Assembly (NCBI GenBank): GCA_023957215.1
Contig: JAMLHH010000013.1
Coordinates: forward strand, 15,111 to 79,110
Source of the DNA: Chitinophagales bacterium
GTDB lineage: Bacteria > Bacteroidota > Bacteroidia > Chitinophagales > JADIYW01
Direction of reading: 5' to 3'
DNA length: 64,000 nt
Numbering within the stretch: position 1 is the stretch's first letter; each line of letters opens with the position of its first letter. The translations under genes were made by a program, and so were the position numbers. This document shows, one piece after another, positions 30,107-36,309 of the stretch. A model generated the notes under the pieces. That model did not search any database, was not told the origin of the DNA, and worked only from the letters and a program-made list of their open reading frames with translations.

Positions 30107-31201
30107 ATGGAAAATAATACTTCAAAAGAACAGCAACCCAAAAAAATCAGCAAGAGATTTATCATTGCTCTAATCTTAATCATAAGTATTGGAGGGACAT
30201 TCGGTGTTTACAAATATTTGTATTCGTTGAGCCACGTCTCAACAGACAATGCTCAAATTGCCGCAGACGTTTATTACGTCATTCCACACGTGGGCGGATA
30301 TGTGCAAACTGTCCATGTAACAGATAATCAAATAGTCAAAAAAGGCGATACCCTACTCGTGATAGATGATGATGAATATGCATTGAAAGTAAGTGAAGCA
30401 CAGGCAGCATTAGAGATTGCCAAAAGTAATCTGGAGGTTACAAGACAAAATTTGAATCTTTCTGAAACGCAGGTTTCCACAGCCGATGCTTCCATTGCCG
30501 GTGCAGAGACAAGTATCGAAGCTGCCGAAATTCGCGTTTGGCGTGCTGAAAGTGATTTTAAACGATACGAAGATTTATATCAAAAAAATGTCATTACAAA
30601 ACAGCAATACGAGCAAGCTTTAGCTGAAAAACAGGCTGCTGAAAAGCAATTAGACGTTATCAAACAGCAAAAAGTAGTTGCCGACAAACAAAAAGGCTCT
30701 ACAGCTTCTCAAACAAAAGTAGCACTCTCACAAATTAAAGTGGCAGAGGCCAATGTGGCACAACACGAAGTTGTTTTAAAAGAAGCTTTATTAAATCTTT
30801 CTTATTGCGTGATTACTGCTCCGGTGGATGGACAGATTTCAACGGTTGGTATTACCAGCGGACAATTGTTGAAGGCAGGACAATCCTTGTTTAATATCGT
30901 TCTAATGAAAAGCTTATGGATTACTGCCAATTTCAAGGAAACTCAAATGACTGACATGAAAGTAGGTCAAAAAGTAAAAATTGAAATTGATGCTTATCCA
31001 AAGGACAACTTTGAAGGGACAGTTACTTCTCTTTCTCCGGCAACAGGTGCACTTTTCTCTATTCTACCGCCGGACAATGCAACCGGCAATTTCGTAAAAA
31101 TTGTACAACGTGTTCCTGTACGCATCGACTTCACCGAATCTGAAAATTTGGACAAATTACGCCCCGGCTTAAGTGCTGATGTAACTGTTACGACAAAATA
31201 A
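30107..31201 (+). CDS. HlyD/EmrA-family periplasmic adaptor
   Basis: 364 aa with one N-terminal TM, a long coiled-coil hairpin, and a lipoyl/barrel motif (APVDGQISTVGITSGQLLKAGQSLF). Confidence 0.88.
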   Translation: MENNTSKEQQPKKISKRFIIALILIISIGGTFGVYKYLYSLSHVSTDNAQIAADVYYVIPHVGGYVQTVHVTDNQIVKKGDTLLVIDDDEYALKVSEAQAALEIAKSNLEVTRQNLNLSETQVSTADASIAGAETSIEAAEIRVWRAESDFKRYEDLYQKNVITKQQYEQALAEKQAAEKQLDVIKQQKVVADKQKGSTASQTKVALSQIKVAEANVAQHEVVLKEALLNLSYCVITAPVDGQISTVGITSGQLLKAGQSLFNIVLMKSLWITANFKETQMTDMKVGQKVKIEIDAYPKDNFEGTVTSLSPATGALFSILPPDNATGNFVKIVQRVPVRIDFTESENLDKLRPGLSADVTVTTK

Positions 31202-31213
31202 AAGCATTTTTAC

Positions 31214-32785
31214 ATGAGTACTCATCCGGTCAATACAGCGCAAGACAACAGCATGGTAGAATACGGTTCCCGTCGGGTGATCGTCACCTTTATTGCGATA
31301 ATTTGTGCTATGCTTGAAATCATTGATACAACGATAGTCAATGTTTCCTTGAATGAAATGAAAGGAAATTTAGGCGCAAGTTTAAATGAAATTGGTTGGG
31401 TAATCACTGCTTATGCTATCGCCAATGCCATCATTATTCCGATGACGAGCTGGTTTTCGCAGCAATTTGGACGAAAAAATTATTTTGCCGCTTCTATCTT
31501 GATTTTTACGGTAGCCTCTTTTCTTTGTGGTAATTCTACTTCATTGGTAGAACTGATTGCTTTCCGGTTTTTGCAAGGCTTAGGCGGTGGCGCACTTTTG
31601 GTAACAGCACAAACCATTATTACTGAAACTTTTCCTATCGAACAACGCGGAATGTCGCAAGCGATATACGGAATGGGTGTTATCATCGGTCCCACTTTAG
31701 GGCCGGTTTTGGGTGGCTACATCGTTGATAATTATTCATGGCCGAATATCTTTTTCATTAATGTTCCCATCGGAATTGCCGCTTTTATTTTGACTTTGCA
31801 GTTTATTAGAAGTCCTAAATATTCAGATAAGCTAAAGGCAAATGAAGTGGACTGGTTAGGGATTTTCTTCCTTGTCATGTTCATCGGTTCATTGCAATAC
31901 GTTTTAGAAAAAGGGCAAGAAGAAGATTGGTTCGATAGCCACTTAATACTGACATTCAGCATTTTATCTTTCTTGGGATTGTTTTTCTTCATTTGGCGGG
32001 AATTAATTTATGAGCATCCTGTCGTCAATCTGCGCGTGTTAAAAAACAAACCTTTGGCAATAGGAACAGTTTTGACTTTTGTCCTCGGCTTTGGTTTGTA
32101 CGGCTCAACTTTTGTCGTTCCAATATACACACAAGCAATTTTGGGTTGGACGGCGACACAAGCAGGTTTACTTTTCATTCCAAGTTCCTTGACTACCGGT
32201 CTGATGATGCCGATTATCGGGCGGCTGTTACAAAAAGGTGTTCCACAAAAATATTTAGTGGCCGGAGGTTTTGCGATCTTTTTCATTTACAGTTATTGGG
32301 CATATTATATCATTACGCCGGATACTTCGGAGCAAAATTTCTTCTGGCTATTGATTGTTCGCGGTATTGGTTTGGGAATGTTGTTCGTACCGATAACGAC
32401 CTTTGCCCTTTCAACCTTGAAAGGAAAAGAAATCGGGGAAGGAGCAGCTTTTACATCCATGATGCGACAATTAAGCGGATCATTCGGTGTAGCGTTGATC
32501 ACGACCTATATTACCCGAATGACTGCACAACACCGTTATGATTTGGTGAGTCATTTGACGAATGTTTCTACAGCAGTGCAAGAACGAATTGACGCATTGA
32601 CATTTGGCTTTATGTCGAAATTAACACCTGATTTGGCACACGAAAAGGCGCTACATTTGATGGATCTTACAGTAAATTTGCAGTCCACAGTTCTCTCCTA
32701 TATGGATGTTTTCTTGGGGATTGGTATTGTTTTTTTAGTCTGTATTCCTTTCGTTTTAATGATACAAAACCCTAAGAAAATATAA
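31214..32785 (+). CDS. MFS drug:H+ antiporter, DHA2 (EmrB/QacA, 14-TMS) family
   Basis: 523 aa, about 14 hydrophobic segments, and the motif LQGLGGGALLVTAQTII. Confidence 0.88.
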   Translation: MSTHPVNTAQDNSMVEYGSRRVIVTFIAIICAMLEIIDTTIVNVSLNEMKGNLGASLNEIGWVITAYAIANAIIIPMTSWFSQQFGRKNYFAASILIFTVASFLCGNSTSLVELIAFRFLQGLGGGALLVTAQTIITETFPIEQRGMSQAIYGMGVIIGPTLGPVLGGYIVDNYSWPNIFFINVPIGIAAFILTLQFIRSPKYSDKLKANEVDWLGIFFLVMFIGSLQYVLEKGQEEDWFDSHLILTFSILSFLGLFFFIWRELIYEHPVVNLRVLKNKPLAIGTVLTFVLGFGLYGSTFVVPIYTQAILGWTATQAGLLFIPSSLTTGLMMPIIGRLLQKGVPQKYLVAGGFAIFFIYSYWAYYIITPDTSEQNFFWLLIVRGIGLGMLFVPITTFALSTLKGKEIGEGAAFTSMMRQLSGSFGVALITTYITRMTAQHRYDLVSHLTNVSTAVQERIDALTFGFMSKLTPDLAHEKALHLMDLTVNLQSTVLSYMDVFLGIGIVFLVCIPFVLMIQNPKKI

Positions 32786-32800
32786 TAATAATAATAATAA
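32783..32800. repeat. (TAA)6 microsatellite that begins with the MFS stop codon
   Basis: Direct reading gives taataataataataataa followed by ataa. Confidence 0.9.
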
Positions 32801-32852
32801 ATAATCTACCATTGTTGGGAGATGGAGTAGTTATTCTCCAATTACCTCCTAT

Positions 32853-32892
32853 GATTGGTGTTCCATCACCAACCATTATTCTTTTTCTGTAA
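32853..32892 (+). repeat. 40-nt repeat copy A containing the hairpin TTGGTG-ttccat-CACCAA (32855-32872) and a T-rich tail
   Basis: gattggtgttccatcaccaaccattattctttttctgtaa matches 32 of 40 positions with 33244-33283. The hairpin core recurs at 56557-56574 and, inverted, at 33298-33319. Confidence 0.8.
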
Positions 32893-32997
32893 TTTGTTCA
32901 GTAGCGTAACATTGACTGACAGGGCAAGGAATCCTTACTATTACGTGATATACTATTAAAAACTTTATTATCTTTGAAGTAACATAAATTCTTTAAT

Positions 32998-33234
32998 ATG
33001 ACCACTAGTGAAATCAAAAAATATTTAATTCATCGAATAGAGGAGATAGATGATTTAGCACTTCTTGAAAAGCTCAAATCTATTATAGATAATCATGGTG
33101 AAGCGAATATAAAAGCTTTGTCGGAGGAGCAAAAAAATGAAACTCCTATTTCAGAACAGGAAATCGACCAAAGTCTGTTTCTAGGATTTAAAGTTATAGA
33201 TGGAGATCTTTCTAAATGGACGAACGGAAAGTAA
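32998..33234 (+). CDS. Small antitoxin-like protein (Bacteroidota addiction-module component type); orphan
   Basis: 78 aa. MTTSEIKKYLIHRIEEIDDLALLEKLKSIID... and the ...SKW ending resemble the short helical antitoxins that pair with RelE/ParE toxins. A 24-codon stub, MDERKVIFLW... (33216-33290), overlaps its 3' end where a toxin gene would start. Confidence 0.45.
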   Translation: MTTSEIKKYLIHRIEEIDDLALLEKLKSIIDNHGEANIKALSEEQKNETPISEQEIDQSLFLGFKVIDGDLSKWTNGK

Positions 33235-33243
33235 TCTTTCTGT

Positions 33244-33283
33244 GGTTGGTGTTCTGTTATCAGCTATTATTCTTTTTCTATAA
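33244..33283 (+). repeat. 40-nt repeat copy B (degenerate hairpin arm)
   Basis: ggttggtgttctgttatcagctattattctttttctataa is a direct repeat of 32853-32892. It begins 25 nt after the ATG of the toxin stub. Confidence 0.75.
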
Positions 33284-33297
33284 AGTATAACTCATCC

Positions 33298-33344
33298 GGT
33301 CGGTGGCGGAACACCGACCAACGGGGGAACACCTACCAACGGGG
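33298..33344 (+). repeat. GC-rich perfect 8-bp hairpin (GGTCGGTG-gcggaa-CACCGACC) overlapping a 17/18-nt tandem duplication
   Basis: The hairpin spans 33298-33319. The tandem units are AACACCGACCAACGGGGG (33310-33327) and AACACCTACCAACGGGG (33328-33344). The core GGTGNCGGAACACC is the reverse complement of the TTGGTGTTCCGTCACCAA element. Confidence 0.8.
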
Positions 33345-33445
33345 CGAATGTGTCCCATTACCCAATACTCAATAATCCTGGAACACACCCAAAAAAAATT
33401 TCATGTAAATGGATAAAGTAAACGGATATCTTTATCTTAGCTTTT

Positions 33446-36247
33446 ATGCAGGAAGCGGGAAAAGAAAAGTTATATCAACAGCTGAAAGATGCTGTGGTGG
33501 CTATCAAAAAACTGAAGGCGGATTTAAAGGAAGAGCGGGCGAAAAAGAAGGAACCCATTGCGGTCATAGGAATGGCGATGCGGCTGCCGGGAGGGGTGAA
33601 TTCTGCGAAGAAATTTTGGGATTTGCTGACGGAGGGTAGAGATGCGGTCACGGATATTCCGAGTAGTAGATTTGATGCAGCGAAGTATTATGATGCAGAC
33701 TATTCTACGCCCGGGAAAATGGTGGTCAAACAAGGTGGATTTTTAGACCAAATCGATCAGTTTGACGGGTCGTTTTTTGATATTTCTTATGCCGAATTAG
33801 AAAGTATGGATCCACAACAGCGTTTGCTTTTGGAAGTGGCGCATGAGGCGACAGAAAATGCCGGTATTCCTGTAAAATCTTTGTTTGGTAGCAAAACGGG
33901 AGTTTTTATTGGTGTGACAAATATTGATTACCAAAAAAGACATTTCCGTTCGGGTGATTTGACTTTGATCAATCCGTATTCTTATACAGGAGCGACTGTC
34001 TGTTCAAACTCGGGAAGAATCTCATACTTGATGGGTCTAGAAGGTCCGTCTGTGTCGATAGATACTGCATGTTCTTCTTCTTTGGTGACTACTCACCTAG
34101 CGGTACAATCGCTGAGGAATGGTGAGTGCGATATGGCATTTACAGGAGCTGCCAACTTAATTATCGATCCTGAGTTTACTATCTACTTTTCACATTTGAA
34201 TGCTTTGTCCGCAGATTCAAGATGCAAATCTTTTTCTAATGAGGCCAATGGATTTATCCGCTCTGAAGGTGCAGGTATTTTACTTTTAAAAAGGTTGAGT
34301 GATGCGCAAAAAGATGGTGATCATATATTAGCAGTGATTGAGGGAACTGCTGTCAATCAAGACGGTAGAAGCAATGGATTCACTGCACCAAATGTACAAG
34401 CGCAAGAGCGACTTTTGAGAGAGGCACTCAATAATGCCGGATTAAAAGCGGAGCAAGTGGGCTATATCGAGGCACACGGTACAGGTACTAAAATTGGTGA
34501 CCCGATAGAAATGGAAGCTATTTCTTCGGTGTATTCTTCTGCAAAAACTAAAGAAAATCCGCTGATAGTAGGTTCGGTAAAAAGCAATATCGGACATACT
34601 GAAGGTGCTGCAGGTGTAGCTGGTTCTATCAAATCTATTTTGATGTTGCAACATGGTGAAATCCCTAAAAACTTGCACTTTAAAACTCCGAATGAGTTGA
34701 TAGATTGGGAAAATACACCGGTGAAAATTCCTACTGAAAAAATGGAATTGGATACCGAGCATAGACATATCGGTGTGAGTGGTTTTGGTGTGACAGGTAC
34801 AAATGCACATGTGATTTTAGGTGCCGCTCCTGAAAGTGAAACTCCTAAAGATGTTGCACTAAGAACAGATGTTTTTATACTACCACTTTCTGCTAAATCT
34901 GAAGAAGCTTTAAAAGCTTTGGCAAGTTTGTACGCTGACTTTATACAAAACTCTGGTGAGCAGTTGGAAGATATCTGTGCGATGACTGCATTGAGAAGAT
35001 CGAGGTATGATTTGACAGAAGTTTTTGTTGCGAATACGCAAGAAAGTTTGGTGGAAAAACTACAAGATTTTGCTGAACTAAATGATGAAGAGCAAAAAAC
35101 CTTTGACAGTGAAGATCCTATCAAAGTAGTTTTGGTTTGTCCGGGTCAAGGTGCTCAGTGGATAGGTATGGCTCGCCAACTATACGATGCTGAACCAGTT
35201 TTTAGAAAAAGTTTGGACGATAGTGCTACATCTTTTTCAAAATATGTGGATTGGAATCTGATAGATGAATTGAATGGTCATCGCTATGAAGAATTAGATA
35301 TTATCCAACCAGTTTTGGTAGCGATAGAAATAGCCTTAGGTGAACTTTGGAAATCTAAAGGCATTATTCCTGATATTGTGGTGGGGCACAGTATGGGTGA
35401 AGTAGCTGCAGCTTATTTGGCTGAAAATATCACTTTAGACGAGGCGGCAAAAATCATCTGTACCCGTAGTAAGTTGATGAAGCAAACCAGTGGTCAAGGT
35501 GCAATGATGGTTACGGATTTGAATCTACAAGAAGCTGAAAATAAAATCGCAGATAAAACAGATCGTTTGGCTATTGCGGTACAAAACAGTTTGAATTCTA
35601 CAGTGATTTCAGGTCAACCAGAAGCGATAGATAGTTTGCTAGCTGAACTGGATGCAGAAGGAAGATTTTGCAGAAAGATAAAAGTAGATGTTGCTTCTCA
35701 CAGTCCACAAATGGATGTGGTTTTACCTGATTTAAAACAAGCTCTGGAAAATTTGCAGGCTAAAAATTCCAATATTACTTTTTACTCTACTGCCTTAAGT
35801 CAGATTGTAAAAGGTGAAAACTTGGATGCTGATTATTGGGTGAAAAACCTGAGAAATACCGTCAAATTTGGCGAAGTCGTACGTGCGATTTTGGGAAAAG
35901 ATAAGGCGGTATTTATCGAGTTGTCTCCACATCCTGTATTGACAAATGCCATTCAAGAAAATATAGAGTCTGTACAAAAACATGGAATAGCAATTCCTTC
36001 TTTATATAGAGAAAAAGATGAATTAGAAAGTTTTTATAAAGCCTTTGGAAAATATTTTGAATCTGGTTTGGAAGTGGATTGGAAAAATATTTATCCTGAT
36101 ATTCGCCAATTCATCATCTTGCCAAATTATCCATGGCAAAGAGAACGTTTTTGGTTTGATGAACCAGCAAAACTTGAGCAAAGTACAATTGATATTATAC
36201 CTGCCACTGTAGTTGAAAATACTGAAATAGAAACTGGAAAGCTATAG
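33446..36247 (+). CDS. Type I polyketide synthase, KS-AT didomain with an N-terminal coiled-coil (docking-like) segment
   Basis: 933 aa. KS motifs are DTACSSS (Cys209, codon 34070-34072), EAHGTGT and KSNIGHTEGAAG. AT motifs are GQGAQW, GHSMGE, an arginine in CTRS, and VDVASHS. The post-AT linker is YPWQRERFW. Confidence 0.92.
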   Translation: MQEAGKEKLYQQLKDAVVAIKKLKADLKEERAKKKEPIAVIGMAMRLPGGVNSAKKFWDLLTEGRDAVTDIPSSRFDAAKYYDADYSTPGKMVVKQGGFLDQIDQFDGSFFDISYAELESMDPQQRLLLEVAHEATENAGIPVKSLFGSKTGVFIGVTNIDYQKRHFRSGDLTLINPYSYTGATVCSNSGRISYLMGLEGPSVSIDTACSSSLVTTHLAVQSLRNGECDMAFTGAANLIIDPEFTIYFSHLNALSADSRCKSFSNEANGFIRSEGAGILLLKRLSDAQKDGDHILAVIEGTAVNQDGRSNGFTAPNVQAQERLLREALNNAGLKAEQVGYIEAHGTGTKIGDPIEMEAISSVYSSAKTKENPLIVGSVKSNIGHTEGAAGVAGSIKSILMLQHGEIPKNLHFKTPNELIDWENTPVKIPTEKMELDTEHRHIGVSGFGVTGTNAHVILGAAPESETPKDVALRTDVFILPLSAKSEEALKALASLYADFIQNSGEQLEDICAMTALRRSRYDLTEVFVANTQESLVEKLQDFAELNDEEQKTFDSEDPIKVVLVCPGQGAQWIGMARQLYDAEPVFRKSLDDSATSFSKYVDWNLIDELNGHRYEELDIIQPVLVAIEIALGELWKSKGIIPDIVVGHSMGEVAAAYLAENITLDEAAKIICTRSKLMKQTSGQGAMMVTDLNLQEAENKIADKTDRLAIAVQNSLNSTVISGQPEAIDSLLAELDAEGRFCRKIKVDVASHSPQMDVVLPDLKQALENLQAKNSNITFYSTALSQIVKGENLDADYWVKNLRNTVKFGEVVRAILGKDKAVFIELSPHPVLTNAIQENIESVQKHGIAIPSLYREKDELESFYKAFGKYFESGLEVDWKNIYPDIRQFIILPNYPWQRERFWFDEPAKLEQSTIDIIPATVVENTEIETGKL

Positions 36248-36309
36248 AAGAAGTAAATGAAAGCGTTAAAGAAGCTATAAACACTGTTTTCTATTCTCCA
36301 GAATGGGAA

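Noticed and set aside
32786-32890. Minus-strand mini-ORF MVGDGTPIIGGNWRITTPSPNNGRLFIIIIIIFS, its 8-codon echo MIGDGTPS at 56553-56579, and GGGTPTNGGTPTNG at 33298-33344, considered as RiPP-like precursor peptides
   Set aside because: The shared residues are encoded exactly by the hairpin repeat core. The copies differ in length and stop immediately. The poly-Ile tail is just the (TAA)n run read backwards. No modifying enzyme lies nearby. I therefore treat it as a repeat by-product, although a genome-wide look would settle the question.
33409-33639. 76-aa plus-strand ORF overlapping the PKS start in another frame (Gly/Arg/Ala-rich)
   Set aside because: It is an open frame produced by the local GC-rich composition. 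The overlapping frame has unmistakable KS homology, and this one has none.
34462-35124. 220-aa antisense ORF inside the KS-AT gene (and 34442-34810)
   Set aside because: It lies antisense to a strongly supported PKS coding region. It is serine- and leucine-rich with no recognisable motif, which is typical of a shadow ORF.
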